A stretch of 64,000 nt of DNA from an uncultured Candidatus Saccharibacteria bacterium (GCA_964586635.1 CAZPGN010000002.1:17368-81367); one strand, 5' to 3'; numbered from the stretch's first letter, positions 30,089 to 41,213 are shown. Numbers and translations are program-made. The notes: generated by a model from the sequence alone, not told the origin.

Positions 30089-30487
30089 TTACGCGTTTGA
30101 CGGAGATCCCATCATGTCGTGCTTTGCACCCTTTGCGGCCATGAAGGCCCAAATTGCGACAACGAGGTGTATCAAGTTATCGAGCAATTCGAGGTTCGCT
30201 ACGTTGTAGTAGTTCAACGCGGGCGGCGCAGTCTGGGCTAGGAAAAAGCCCGCCACACCGAAATAAAGAGCCACTAAGCCGACAATGATAGTGAGCCACT
30301 TTTGCGCCATGTGTCCCAATGCGTATGCGGCCACAATGGCTACGATACCGAGGACAACATGGGTAATATTTTCGCCTCCGGTAAGCCAGAGCGCATTGCC
30401 AAGAAGCGGATCCGGCAACAAATAGCCGAGAACGCCGAGGAGGAGCAACACGACGCCCCCGATAAGCAGAAATTGTTTTGGATTCAT
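30089..30487 (-). CDS. hypothetical small membrane protein (4 TM)
   Basis: hydrophobic profile only. Confidence 0.4.
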   Translation of the reverse strand: MNPKQFLLIGGVVLLLLGVLGYLLPDPLLGNALWLTGGENITHVVLGIVAIVAAYALGHMAQKWLTIIVGLVALYFGVAGFFLAQTAPPALNYYNVANLELLDNLIHLVVAIWAFMAAKGAKHDMMGSPSNA

Positions 30488-30689
30488 ACAATCAATAGAT
30501 TGGTTTGGTTGTTAGAATGTGAATGGAATACTTGACTTTTACCCATGCGCGTTACTTTATACGCACGGGACCGACCTTTGCTCCATTATACAGAACTTCT
30601 CGTTGTATATGGTTAAGTTATCAACAACGCTCGAAGGGTGAAATAATTGAAAAGTAGGCAGTATTGCGGCGCAAGGGTATACTCTCGAT

Positions 30690-31607
30690 ATGTCCCTACG
30701 CCCACGAAAGAATGAGCCGCTTGCGCGTCATACAACATTTGGCATTGCGGGAACGGCCGAGTATTTTGTCGAGGTTGATTCCGTCGCAGAACTCGAAGAG
30801 GCGATTTCGCATGCGCGCGAGCGAGGTTTGCAGGTGACAGTAATTGCCGGCGGGAGTAATGTGGTATGCGCGGAACGAGTGAGTGGGTTGGTGATAAAAC
30901 TTCTCATTAAAGGGCGAAGTATCGAGGGCTTGCGTGTCTGCATTGGCGCAGGCGAGACGCTGTTAGAAACGGTGAATGCGGCCAACTCGGCAGGTCTCCG
31001 TGGTCTTGAAACGCTCGCAGGCATTCCTGGAACAGTAGGCGGCGCCCTTGTGGGCAATGCCGGCGCGTATGGCACAGAGATTGGCCAAAATGTTGTTTCT
31101 ATAGAGGCGTATAACGGTTCGCGAGTTATCTCGATTCGAAAGAGCGAATGCGCCTTTTCCTACCGCAACAGCATTTTCAAAAAGCGCCGAGAGTATGTCA
31201 TCCTCTCCGTGATTTTTGAGCTTTGTCGCGGAGATGCCGCTACTCTGGCGCAAAAAAGCGCGGACATCATCAACCAGCGCGAACAAAAATATCCGCCTGG
31301 TTTGTTGTGTCCGGGAAGCTTTTTTAAGAACATACCGGCAGATAGCGTTCCTCCGTCTGTGTCAGCATGTTTACCCGAACGCGCGCTTGTCCACGGTAAA
31401 ATTGCCGTTGGATATTTGGTCGAGGCAGTTGGGGGCAGGGGATTATGCGTTGGTGGGGCCTGTGTTGCAGAATATCACGGCAATTTGCTTGTAAATATAG
31501 GAAACGCGACATTTGACGATGTCCGTCAACTCGCCGAGACGCTTCGCCAAAAGGTGCGAGAACGATTCGGAATTGAATTAGAGGAAGAAGTCAGGTACAT
31601 TTCATAG
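30690..31607 (+). CDS. murB: UDP-N-acetylenolpyruvoylglucosamine reductase
   Basis: FAD-binding PCMH N-terminus (HTTFGIGG...AGGSN) and MurB C-terminal domain. Confidence 0.85.
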   Translation: MSLRPRKNEPLARHTTFGIAGTAEYFVEVDSVAELEEAISHARERGLQVTVIAGGSNVVCAERVSGLVIKLLIKGRSIEGLRVCIGAGETLLETVNAANSAGLRGLETLAGIPGTVGGALVGNAGAYGTEIGQNVVSIEAYNGSRVISIRKSECAFSYRNSIFKKRREYVILSVIFELCRGDAATLAQKSADIINQREQKYPPGLLCPGSFFKNIPADSVPPSVSACLPERALVHGKIAVGYLVEAVGGRGLCVGGACVAEYHGNLLVNIGNATFDDVRQLAETLRQKVRERFGIELEEEVRYIS

Positions 31608-31613
31608 TGTTCT

Positions 31614-33026
31614 ATGGCATATACCCCTACTATCGGTCTTGAGATACATGCGGAGTTGGCAACGAAAACCAAACTATTTTGCAATTCGAAAAATGATCCG
31701 GATGAGCGACGGCCTAATGTTAACATCTGCCCCGTGTGTATGGGCCACCCAGGCACATTGCCGGTTCTCAATAAAGAAGCAGTGCGGCAGGTCATTCGTG
31801 TCGGCACAGCGATCGGGGGGACGATAGCCGATTTCACCGAATTCGACCGAAAGAACTACTTTTATCCCGATATTCCGAAGGGGTATCAAATCACCCAGTA
31901 TGCATACCCGCTTGTTGTCGGCGGGGAGTTGCAGGATGTTTCTATAACTCGAGTTCATTTGGAAGAGGATACAGCGCGTTCTCAACATGGGGAAAGAGGA
32001 GAGAGCCTGCTGGACTTTAATCGCGCGGGCGTACCGCTCATGGAGCTTGTTACAGAGCCGGTTATACGAAGCGCGGAAGAAGCGAGTGCATTCGCTCGCG
32101 AACTCCAGTTGTTACTACGGTATTTAGGAGCATCTGAAGCGAATATGGATAAGGGAGAGATGCGCGTGGAGGCGAACATTTCAATCTCAAAAGACGGCGC
32201 ACGCGGGACAAAAGTGGAGATTAAAAATTTGAACTCCTTTCGCGCAGTTGAACGAGCTATCGCGTATGAGATGGAACGGCAAGAACGCATCCTTGAGTCA
32301 GGAGAAAAAGTCGCGCAAGAGACGCGCGGCTGGGATGAGGGGAAACAAAAAACTTTTTCCCAGCGAGTTAAGGAGAGCTCGCACGATTATCGTTATTTCC
32401 CCGACCCTGATGTGCCGAAATTGAAGATAAGTGAAGTTGCCGAGTTTCAGAATATTGCCGCAACTCTTCCCGAATTGCCTTCCGATAAACGCGCGCGATT
32501 GGGCGAAAAATTCGGCCTTGCCACCAAGATGGCGGAATATTTTGTTGGAGATGCCCTGGCATGCGCGTTTTTTGAGGAATCCATCGCGCCATTTGAGGAA
32601 GACGCAAAAAAAATTATGCTTGCGGCAAATTATCTTGTTTCAGATGTCGCAGGCCTAATGCAGAAAAAGGGAGATGGATACTCGAGCCTTAAATTCACGC
32701 CACTCGATTTCGCTTCCCTTGTCGAAATGATACATCGGCGCGAAATATCTTCTCGAGGTGCAAAGGATATCCTCGCGGCAATGTATGCTCGCGGGGGGAA
32801 ACCCGAATCCTTGGCGCGGGAACTGCATCTCTACCAACGGAGCAATCGCGATGAACTTGTGGAGCTTGCAAAAAAACTCATCGCTGAAGACCCGAAAATC
32901 GCCGCCGAATATCGGGCAGGTAAAACCCAAGCCATACAATTTTTCATAGGTCGCGGCATGAAAGAGACCAAGGGCTCCGCAAATCCGCAATTATTGAAAG
33001 AGGTATTCGAGGAAGCGTTACAATAA
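31614..33026 (+). CDS. gatB: Asp-tRNA(Asn)/Glu-tRNA(Gln) amidotransferase subunit B
   Basis: IGLEIHAEL...CPVCMGHPGTLP GatB N-terminus and C-terminal YqeY-like domain. Confidence 0.9.
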   Translation: MAYTPTIGLEIHAELATKTKLFCNSKNDPDERRPNVNICPVCMGHPGTLPVLNKEAVRQVIRVGTAIGGTIADFTEFDRKNYFYPDIPKGYQITQYAYPLVVGGELQDVSITRVHLEEDTARSQHGERGESLLDFNRAGVPLMELVTEPVIRSAEEASAFARELQLLLRYLGASEANMDKGEMRVEANISISKDGARGTKVEIKNLNSFRAVERAIAYEMERQERILESGEKVAQETRGWDEGKQKTFSQRVKESSHDYRYFPDPDVPKLKISEVAEFQNIAATLPELPSDKRARLGEKFGLATKMAEYFVGDALACAFFEESIAPFEEDAKKIMLAANYLVSDVAGLMQKKGDGYSSLKFTPLDFASLVEMIHRREISSRGAKDILAAMYARGGKPESLARELHLYQRSNRDELVELAKKLIAEDPKIAAEYRAGKTQAIQFFIGRGMKETKGSANPQLLKEVFEEALQ

Positions 33027-35956
33027 TGCGAACGGAAAACAGCGAACAGCAATTTCGCTCATTCTATGAGCGACTGAATGCGCGTCAGCGCGATGCAGTA
33101 GATACGATCGAGGGGCCAGTTATGGTAGTCGCGGGACCAGGTACGGGTAAGACGCAAATCCTGACACTGCGTATCGCGAATATACTACGCCTCACTGACA
33201 CCCCGCCCGACGCGATACTCGCGCTTACTTTCACAAACGCGGGGGTATTTGCGATGCGTGAGCGACTGCTTAGCATCGTCGGGACAGTGGCCCACCGTGT
33301 GCGAATTCATACATTCCATAGTTTCTGCAACGAAACGATAGAGCGGTACCCCGAATACTTCCCTCGTATCATTGGAGGCAGGCATGCGAGTGAGCCGGTG
33401 AGACATAAAATCATCGAGAAGATTCTCGACGGTCACCCCTTCACCGTTATTCGTCCTGCAGGCGACCCGCAGTATTATGTGAGGGGTATTGCTTCGGCCT
33501 TGAGTGAACTGAAGCGGGAGCTTGTTTCTCCCGAACGACTCTCGGAAATTCTAGATGAACGCAAGCGGTTGCTCGCAGAAGATCCGAATGCTTGCCATGA
33601 AAAAGGGCGCTATGCAGGCCAGTTGACGGGTGCGCACAGAGACAGTCTTCGTCAGCTTGAAAAGACAAGAGAACTACTTGCGGCGTACTGTGCCTATGAG
33701 GCCACTCTTGCTGAAGAGCACCTGTACGATTTCGACGACATGATCGGCGAGGTCGCCGAGGCGCTCCAATCGAACACGGAGTTTCGACTCATCGCGCAAG
33801 AACAGCATCAGTATATTCTCGCCGATGAACATCAGGACGCAAACGATTCGCAGAACCGCATCCTCGATTTGCTCGCCCAGTTCTATGAATCACCGAACCT
33901 TTTCGTTGTTGGCGACACGAAACAAGCAATATATCGATTTCAGGGCGCTTCAGTCGAGAATTTCCGCCGTTTTACAGAGCGTTATCCGTCAGCGCGCGTC
34001 ATTACACTCGAGGAAAACTATCGTTCTCACCAAACAATTCTCGATGCCGCGCATGATCTTATTTCCGAAAACCATCTTATCGCAAAGAGCCCCCATGCAA
34101 TTGTCCCAATAAGAGTTATAGCGAACGCATCACCTGACCACGAATACGCATTTTTGGCGGGTCATATCGCAGGCCGAATTTCAGCGGGAGCGAAGCCGTG
34201 CGAGATCGCCGTAATGTATCGCAACAATGCAGACGCCGCTGGCATTGCGCGCTCTCTCGAACAGCGTGGCGTGGCGACCGTTGTGGAATCAACACAAGAT
34301 CTGTTTGCCGACCCCGCAATCCGATTATTGCGACTGTTACTTCAATACGCGGTTTCCTTTGGAGACGATGTTTTGCTTGCGGAGGTGCTCTATGCTCCAT
34401 TCCTTCGGATCGAGCCGACACGGGCGCATGAGCTTGTGCGGGAAGCGCGCGAACAGCGCGTTCGTCTGCACGATGTGGTGCAAAAAAATGAGCCAGACTT
34501 ATTTCGCCAATTCGCTCGATGGAAGGAACATGCGTATACGCGCCCCGTTCTCGACGCGTTTGCGGAAATATTTGCAGAATCTGGTTTCCGCGATTTCGCA
34601 CTCGGCAATGATCGCGCGCGAGAACTGCTCGACAGCGCCGAAAGTTTGTTCACGATAGTGCGCGGCGTGGCGGCATATTCGCCTCGTAGTACGCTTGCAG
34701 ATGCCCTCCAGTTGTTGGACACCGCGGAGTCATACCGGCTTCTTGGCAAGGAGTATGAGGGCGATATTTCGCAGAGAGTGCGTCTCATGACCGCGCATCG
34801 CGCCAAGGGTCGAGAATTTGATTTCGTGTATATCGCTCATGCGACAGAACGGAAATGGTCAGGTTCCGGAGGCGGCAAGAAATTCATTTTGCCGATATAC
34901 AACGGACGCAGTGAGAATGTAGAACAGCTCGATGACGAACGGCGACTCTTTTATGTTGCGCTTACCCGTGCGCGTAAGGATGTTGCAATCAGTTATTCCG
35001 AAACTCGCGAGGATGGTTCACCCGAGCTACCATGTGAATTTCTAGAGGCAGTGCGCGAGCGGTGCGTTATTTCTGCTGGGACACCGGCGCCGATCGACCG
35101 ATTGCTCCCCGTCAGTCGCCAAGGGCCATCGCTTGGCGAACGGGAGTATATTGCGGATCTCTTTCGCCGCCGCGGGCTTTCGGCGACATCTCTCAATAAT
35201 TACCTTGAATGCCCATGGAAGTATTTTTTTATGAGTCTTGTTCGCATTCCGGATGCGAAAACCCCTGTTATGCTATATGGAACCGCCGTACACGGCGCTC
35301 TCAAAGATTTTTTTGACGCTTTGGCGGTCGAGCCTGCTCGCGACCCGGGATCTCAAATGCTCATGGCTTCGTTTGCCCGCCGCCTCGAAATCCAGCCGAT
35401 GGTCGAGAGCGATTTCTGCGCTTATATGGATAAAGGCTCAAATGCGCTCCGCGGATATTGGGAGACATATGAAAGTACATGGCATACACCAGCGCTTACC
35501 GAGTACCGAGTTGGCGGATATGAGCTTGTAAATGGAATAACGCTAACGGGCTCGCTCGATAAAATTGAGCTTCTCTCCGGTGGCGCCGTAATCGTGGTTG
35601 ATTACAAGACAAAAAAACCTGAAAGCCGGAATGCAATCGAGGGAAAAACAAAGGGAAGCAGTGGCAACATGAAGCGACAGCTCGTTTTCTATAAACTGCT
35701 TCTTGAGGGGTATGCGGGAGACAAATTTCGTATGGAAGCTGGCGAGATCGATTTTATAGAGCCGAACGATTCGGGAAAGTACAAAAAAGAGCGGTTTCTA
35801 ATATCGAATGGGGAAGTTGATGAACTTCGGGAAACAATTTCGCGCGTTGGAGACGAGATAGTTAATGCTTCGTTTTTTGATTCCAATTGCGGAGACGAGA
35901 AGTGCCGTTTTTGCGCTCTTGGCGAGGCGATGAAAATGAGCGGTGTGAAAAAATGA
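33026..35956 (+). CDS. UvrD/PcrA-like SF1 helicase fused to C-terminal PD-(D/E)XK (Cas4/AddB-like) nuclease with Cys cluster
   Basis: GPGTGKT Walker A, VGDTKQAIYRFQGA, C-terminal VVDYKTKK ... CGDEKCRFC. Confidence 0.8.
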   Translation: MRTENSEQQFRSFYERLNARQRDAVDTIEGPVMVVAGPGTGKTQILTLRIANILRLTDTPPDAILALTFTNAGVFAMRERLLSIVGTVAHRVRIHTFHSFCNETIERYPEYFPRIIGGRHASEPVRHKIIEKILDGHPFTVIRPAGDPQYYVRGIASALSELKRELVSPERLSEILDERKRLLAEDPNACHEKGRYAGQLTGAHRDSLRQLEKTRELLAAYCAYEATLAEEHLYDFDDMIGEVAEALQSNTEFRLIAQEQHQYILADEHQDANDSQNRILDLLAQFYESPNLFVVGDTKQAIYRFQGASVENFRRFTERYPSARVITLEENYRSHQTILDAAHDLISENHLIAKSPHAIVPIRVIANASPDHEYAFLAGHIAGRISAGAKPCEIAVMYRNNADAAGIARSLEQRGVATVVESTQDLFADPAIRLLRLLLQYAVSFGDDVLLAEVLYAPFLRIEPTRAHELVREAREQRVRLHDVVQKNEPDLFRQFARWKEHAYTRPVLDAFAEIFAESGFRDFALGNDRARELLDSAESLFTIVRGVAAYSPRSTLADALQLLDTAESYRLLGKEYEGDISQRVRLMTAHRAKGREFDFVYIAHATERKWSGSGGGKKFILPIYNGRSENVEQLDDERRLFYVALTRARKDVAISYSETREDGSPELPCEFLEAVRERCVISAGTPAPIDRLLPVSRQGPSLGEREYIADLFRRRGLSATSLNNYLECPWKYFFMSLVRIPDAKTPVMLYGTAVHGALKDFFDALAVEPARDPGSQMLMASFARRLEIQPMVESDFCAYMDKGSNALRGYWETYESTWHTPALTEYRVGGYELVNGITLTGSLDKIELLSGGAVIVVDYKTKKPESRNAIEGKTKGSSGNMKRQLVFYKLLLEGYAGDKFRMEAGEIDFIEPNDSGKYKKERFLISNGEVDELRETISRVGDEIVNASFFDSNCGDEKCRFCALGEAMKMSGVKK

Positions 35957-35959
35957 AAT

Positions 35960-35992
35960 GGCCCGAGATTGCGCTTTGCGCAATCTCGGGCC
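35960..35992. terminator. perfect 15-bp hairpin (bidirectional terminator candidate)
   Basis: ggcccgagattgcgc-ttt-gcgcaatctcgggcc. Confidence 0.6.
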
Positions 35993-36295
35993 ACGGGAGG
36001 CGTGCAACAGGTTTACGATGCTTTATATTTTTCCGCGCTTGCGCGGATTTCGAGCACTGCATGGTGGATGAGTTCCATGCAGTACAGAAATCCCGCGCAC
36101 TGAAGCGCGACGCGGCCCAGCTCGATGTCGAGCAGATAGGCCACGACGATCACTACAGTAAAGCGCGGTAGGAGAATTTTTCCGAAATATTCTCGATACT
36201 CCCTTCTTGAGAACAACGATGCACCCCTCCAGATGCTATTGCAGAGAACAAAAGGAACTCGAAAGGTTCCTTGCAAAAGAATGATAACAAGACAA

Positions 36296-37459
36296 TTACT
36301 TTGTGTCAATGAGCGAAACGCTGAAAGTTATCCCCAATAGCATGAGACCGCCCAATATGAGGAAGAGTATATTATATGGCAAAAAGCTAATTACGAGCGA
36401 ACCGACCAATGGCCCCGCAATAAAGGCGAGCGGGCGGGAATCGCGAAACACGCTGATTATGTCTGTATCCTCCGCTCCGACGTGCTTGAAAAAGTAACTC
36501 TCGTTCATTACTTCAACGGCGCTTGCGCCGACGCGCGTCGCGAAGAGCGCCGCGGCCCAGATACCAAATGCGCTCGTACCGATGAACGCAAGCGATATAG
36601 TGGCGAGTCCCATGACGCAAAATCCGGCAGTCAGTATCTCTTTTTCGCCAAGCCATCTGTCGGCGATTCGCCCGAGCGGATACTGCAGTATGACGAACGG
36701 CATGAGCATGATCGAAAATATTGCGCCGATTTGTGACCATGAAAATCCGATATACTGACTCAAATAAATAGGCGTGTAAATCACCATCCAGGAATAGAAG
36801 AACTCGAGGAGAAAAGTTGCCCCAAAAATGTTCGCTAAGTTAGGATCGTCCCATACCCGTTTCAGCGAATAGCCAAAGGGAACTTGTCGATAGGGAATGT
36901 CGGCTACGCCGCGAAGTCTTGTCGCAACGATCGCGATCGTTGGGATTATGAGCAGTGCGGAGACGAAAAACACGCGCTCATACTGGCTGTCGGTCAGTAT
37001 TTTGCCGACGAGATATGGTGATATGAAGACGGCGACATTGAGCAAGGTGAGGAACACGCCGCGGAGAGCCCCTGTTTTTTTATCCACGGAGAACTTTTCC
37101 AGGTACACATCGAGATCGAGACGCAGAAACAACGTAGCGACAGACAGCGCGAGAAAGAGAGTCAGAACTAACCACGCGGTGTCGATAAAGGCGAGCCCGG
37201 CAACCGCGCCGATATTGAGCGCAAGGAATGCGAGCGTGGTGCGGAATTGTCCGAATCGCCCTAATAACGCGGATGACTTGGACAGGACGAGTATTCCGAG
37301 TAATGAACCGATACCGTAGAGAACCCCAACGAATTCTGTATCAATAAAGCGCGCGAGAAACGACGATGTAATGTAGAGAGTGAATGCGTTGTGAACAGTG
37401 TAGAAGAAGCTTGCGGCATATATCGCAAGCCGCGCGCTTTTTCCCGTGTTCGAATTCAT
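36296..37459 (-). CDS. MFS transporter
   Basis: 12-TM-like hydrophobic profile, MFS-type loops; start uncertain (37459 or 37501). Confidence 0.7.
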   Translation of the reverse strand: MNSNTGKSARLAIYAASFFYTVHNAFTLYITSSFLARFIDTEFVGVLYGIGSLLGILVLSKSSALLGRFGQFRTTLAFLALNIGAVAGLAFIDTAWLVLTLFLALSVATLFLRLDLDVYLEKFSVDKKTGALRGVFLTLLNVAVFISPYLVGKILTDSQYERVFFVSALLIIPTIAIVATRLRGVADIPYRQVPFGYSLKRVWDDPNLANIFGATFLLEFFYSWMVIYTPIYLSQYIGFSWSQIGAIFSIMLMPFVILQYPLGRIADRWLGEKEILTAGFCVMGLATISLAFIGTSAFGIWAAALFATRVGASAVEVMNESYFFKHVGAEDTDIISVFRDSRPLAFIAGPLVGSLVISFLPYNILFLILGGLMLLGITFSVSLIDTK

Positions 37460-37472
37460 ATGAGCGATTATA

Positions 37473-39374
37473 TTACACTTCAAGCAGAACGGGTATGACA
37501 ATGGGGCGCTTGCCGGTCTCTTGAAAGAGCGTTTTACTCACCTTGTCGCGGACAGTGTTCTTGACGAAGTCAAAGTTCACTGGATGCATTTCCGAGACGG
37601 ATTTTTCGATTGTCTTCCGAACGAGTGCGCGGATGGTTCGGAGCAATTCCTGCGACTCTTTGAGATAAATGAAACCGCGAGAAATAATATCCGGTGATTG
37701 CCGTACGCGGCCAGTGCCCTTCTCGACGCTCGCAATTATGACGAACATGCCTTCTTGCGCGAGCAGTTTCCGATCGCGGATCACTATTTCATTAATGTCG
37801 CCGCCCGCGATGGCGTCCACCATGACAGATTCAGCCGAAACCTTCTTTGGCAGCATGACTATCTTTGAGCCATTGTCGACGATCTCGATGACCGAACCAT
37901 TGTCGGGGACAACAATGTGTGATTTCGGCATCACTTCGGAAGCCAACTCCGCATGCACGCGCAGGAATTGATGATACCCATGGACTGGGACGAAGAATCT
38001 CGGTTTGATTTCTTGATGGATCCAGCGCGTTTCATCCGCATTGGCATGTCCCGACGAATGGACATCCGCAACTCGGTAGTGCAATATTCGCGCTCCCTGT
38101 CTGGCGAGATTGTCCTTTAGCCGTTGCACATCTTTCTCGTTTCCCGGGATAACGGAAGAGGAAAGAAGAACGGTATCCCCCGGGCGCAGCTTCATGGTCT
38201 TGTGTTCTTTCTGCGCCATGCGCATGAGCGCGGCGTAACGGTCGCCTTGCGCTCCCGTTGCCAACACAATAATTTTGCTGTCGGGATACGTCGCCGAATC
38301 CTGCGCCGAAACAATGGTCGTATCTTGTACTTTGAGAATGCCGAGCTCGCGGGCGATTGCAATGTTGTTTTGCATACTTCTGCCTTCGATGACGACCTTT
38401 TTTCCAAGTTTTTCCGCTGTTTCCATGATAAAGATGATGCGCTCGAGAAGCGAGGCAAATGTGCCAACGATGAGCCGCCCATCAGTTTCTTTGATTATTT
38501 TCACGATATTTTCATGCACAACGCGCTCGGAGAATGACCATCCAGGGCGCTCGATGTTGGTCGAATCTGCGAGAAGAAGCAGGTTCTTCTCTCTACCCAG
38601 CGCTCCAAAAGTTTGCACCTCATGCGCGAGTGGGATTCCCTCATTGTGGTCGACTTTTAGGTCGCCCGTGAAAATGATATTCCCCCACAAAGTTTCAATA
38701 ATGATACCCATTGCGTCCGGTATAGTATGTGTTACATAGAAGCATCGCACGCCGATTTGGTCGCCGAAAACAAGCCTCGTATCTTTTTCAATGATGTTGA
38801 TATTAAGTTTGGGCAGGTGTGGGAATTCTTCTTGCCGCTTTTGTATCATTATTGAAGTCAGGAGTCTGGTGAATATCGGCGGATTGCCAAGACGATCCAT
38901 GATATATGGGATACCCCCGATGTGGTCGAGGTGTCCATGCGTGATGAATACGGCACGGATCTTATCCTTGCGTTCGATCAGATAGGAAATGTCGGGGATA
39001 ATATAATCAACGCCCGGCATACTCTCCTCGTCAGGGAATTGGAATCCCATGTCCACGATGATGATGGAGTCCTTGTACTCCACGACCGTCATGTTTTTTC
39101 CGACTTCTTCAACGCCGCCAAGCGGGATAATGCGAACGCGGTCATACAGGCCCTCGGTTGGGACGGTTCCGTGGTCGCCCGTGCGGTCTCGGTCTCGTAT
39201 TGGCCGCGGGCGCCGCAATGGACTGCGGTTTTGAGGCCGCGGACTCCCTGATGGGCGCGACCGCCTAAATGGCGCCCGCGATGGGCGGCCTCGGTGGGTC
39301 GGTTGCGATGATTTTATTTCTGTTTCGGTCATATCTAATGTATTGCAGACGAGTTTTTTTGTGTCGCCCGCCAA
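37473..39374 (-). CDS. rnj: ribonuclease J (MBL/beta-CASP) with Arg/Pro-rich N-terminal extension
   Basis: HGHLDHIGG, beta-CASP and RNase J C-terminal domain; alternative start at 39332. Confidence 0.8.
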   Translation of the reverse strand: MAGDTKKLVCNTLDMTETEIKSSQPTHRGRPSRAPFRRSRPSGSPRPQNRSPLRRPRPIRDRDRTGDHGTVPTEGLYDRVRIIPLGGVEEVGKNMTVVEYKDSIIIVDMGFQFPDEESMPGVDYIIPDISYLIERKDKIRAVFITHGHLDHIGGIPYIMDRLGNPPIFTRLLTSIMIQKRQEEFPHLPKLNINIIEKDTRLVFGDQIGVRCFYVTHTIPDAMGIIIETLWGNIIFTGDLKVDHNEGIPLAHEVQTFGALGREKNLLLLADSTNIERPGWSFSERVVHENIVKIIKETDGRLIVGTFASLLERIIFIMETAEKLGKKVVIEGRSMQNNIAIARELGILKVQDTTIVSAQDSATYPDSKIIVLATGAQGDRYAALMRMAQKEHKTMKLRPGDTVLLSSSVIPGNEKDVQRLKDNLARQGARILHYRVADVHSSGHANADETRWIHQEIKPRFFVPVHGYHQFLRVHAELASEVMPKSHIVVPDNGSVIEIVDNGSKIVMLPKKVSAESVMVDAIAGGDINEIVIRDRKLLAQEGMFVIIASVEKGTGRVRQSPDIISRGFIYLKESQELLRTIRALVRKTIEKSVSEMHPVNFDFVKNTVRDKVSKTLFQETGKRPIVIPVLLEV

Positions 39375-39401
39375 ATTAATTGGTTATAATTTCATTGTTT
39401 G

Positions 39402-41213
39402 CTATGCACCCTCGCGTTTCGGTAAAAATATTTTCCATACGCGATCTGTTTCGATATACCAATCGAAGATTCCACTGAATCGTTCAGAAGGCGTGGTTAC
39501 AGATGCAAGTTCTATCCCGCGAACATCATGCGGAAGGAGATAGAGGAAGTGCGGCGCATATAGGAATACGGCAGGGATGTCTTTTTCTATCTCTTTTTGA
39601 AAACGAGCATACTGTGCGACCCTCGCCTCGTTATTAGTTGCGCTTCGGGCATTCTCTAGCGCGCGATCGGCCGCAATATTGGTATAGAGCGCGACATTGA
39701 GGCCAGGGTCATTCCTCTGCGACGAATGCCAGAATGAGAATGGGTCAGGATCGCGGCCCACTATCTGGCCGAAAAAGAGCGCGTCATATTTTCGCGGACG
39801 AATGATGTTCTGATTCAAGTCGCCGATATCGAAATAATTGAGCGTAATGCGCGCGCCGAGTTTTTCCCATTCCGATTTGACGATTTCTGCCGCGCGCTTA
39901 AGTTCCGGGGTATTTGATGTCACGAGCGAAAAGGCAAGGCTCACATCTTTCTTATCTATCGTTCGGTGCATAATGCCGGTTTCAGCATCCGCGCTCCATC
40001 CCGCCCGTTCCAATACAAAGCGACCCGCCTCCTTGTGAGTTCTCCCGTTGAGTTCGGGTAAATCGGGGTTTTCTGCGCCGAGTGTTCCTGGAGGAAGTGG
40101 TCCAGAAATTGCAGTTCCATAACCGGAGAGCACTTCTAAGACGATCCGCTCACGGTTGACTCCTATCGACAAGGCTTCGCGTACTTCCTTGCGCGAAAAT
40201 AGCGGCTGCTGGTTTTGGTTGAAGAAGACGGCGAATACGCGCGGGAGGGCGATCTCCGTGGCATACACTGGAATGCCCATTTTGAGAAGTCCTGCTACTG
40301 TGTCAGCCTGAAGGGCATTCGCCGCCCCTATCTCGCCGCGCTCATATGCTTGCAAAAGGCGATCCTCGTTTGGAAAGAAGCGGATGACCACAGAAGAGAT
40401 ATATGGTTTTCCAAGAGCGAAATCAGAAAACGGTTTTAGCTCATAGTATTCGGGAATGCCTGATTTGTCTCGTTTTATCTTGGTGATACGGTATGGCCCG
40501 CTACCATACGGTTCAAGATTAAATTCACTGAACGAGAAAACTTCTGTCGGCACATTATTCCAAATATGCTTCGGTAGAATACCAAGAGTCGTATTTTCGA
40601 GGAACGATGAATACGGTTGCGTGAGCGTAAATTGGACGGTTTTTTCATCAACAGCAAATACTTCAACGCCCTCCCAGCTCCCTCGCTTCGGGCTCTTCAG
40701 TATTGGATTTTGCGCTTGATTGACGGTGTAGACGACATCATCTGCAGTGACAGGTTCGCCGTCGTGCCAGGTGAGTTCATCTCGAAGAACGAAGGTATAG
40801 GTACGGCCGTCATCGCTCGAGTTCATGGTCTTGGCGAGGTCTGGAATGAGTGAGCCATCGGCTCCGATTCGCATTAGTCCCGAATAGACGAGCGCAACGA
40901 GGTCGCGATCGCTGTCGCTTGTTGCAAGAAGTGGATTAATGAATCGAGGAGAGCCGATAACGCCCTCGATGAGCGTTCCCCCCGGAGCGGGTACTGCGGA
41001 AAGCAATGAATCGTTGATGTTGGCGAGGATACCAAGCGCGCTCACGGAGAGTATCACTGTAAACAAGGCTAGCAGTCCATGCTCCACGCGAGACATCTGC
41101 TTGACTGCAGAGACCAATTCTGCCGAGGTGGGCAAATCCTGATGCAAGAGGCGCGTGCGATCTCCTGGTAGATCGAATCTTTTTTTCAATACTGAAAGAA
41201 GGGAATTATTCAC
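39402..41213 (-). CDS. ABC transporter substrate-binding protein, family 5 (oligopeptide/nickel type)
   Basis: N-terminal signal anchor, SBP_bac_5 motifs (TWHDGEPVTADDVVYT). Confidence 0.8.
   Translation of the reverse strand: MNNSLLSVLKKRFDLPGDRTRLLHQDLPTSAELVSAVKQMSRVEHGLLALFTVILSVSALGILANINDSLLSAVPAPGGTLIEGVIGSPRFINPLLATSDSDRDLVALVYSGLMRIGADGSLIPDLAKTMNSSDDGRTYTFVLRDELTWHDGEPVTADDVVYTVNQAQNPILKSPKRGSWEGVEVFAVDEKTVQFTLTQPYSSFLENTTLGILPKHIWNNVPTEVFSFSEFNLEPYGSGPYRITKIKRDKSGIPEYYELKPFSDFALGKPYISSVVIRFFPNEDRLLQAYERGEIGAANALQADTVAGLLKMGIPVYATEIALPRVFAVFFNQNQQPLFSRKEVREALSIGVNRERIVLEVLSGYGTAISGPLPPGTLGAENPDLPELNGRTHKEAGRFVLERAGWSADAETGIMHRTIDKKDVSLAFSLVTSNTPELKRAAEIVKSEWEKLGARITLNYFDIGDLNQNIIRPRKYDALFFGQIVGRDPDPFSFWHSSQRNDPGLNVALYTNIAADRALENARSATNNEARVAQYARFQKEIEKDIPAVFLYAPHFLYLLPHDVRGIELASVTTPSERFSGIFDWYIETDRVWKIFLPKREGA

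Noticed and set aside
36013-36309. 98-aa minus-strand ORF and 94-aa plus-strand ORF in the 340-bp gap between the helicase-nuclease and the MFS gene
   Set aside because: The two ORFs overlap each other on opposite strands, have no RBS and no homology, and the region contains a strong bidirectional terminator. It is probably noncoding.
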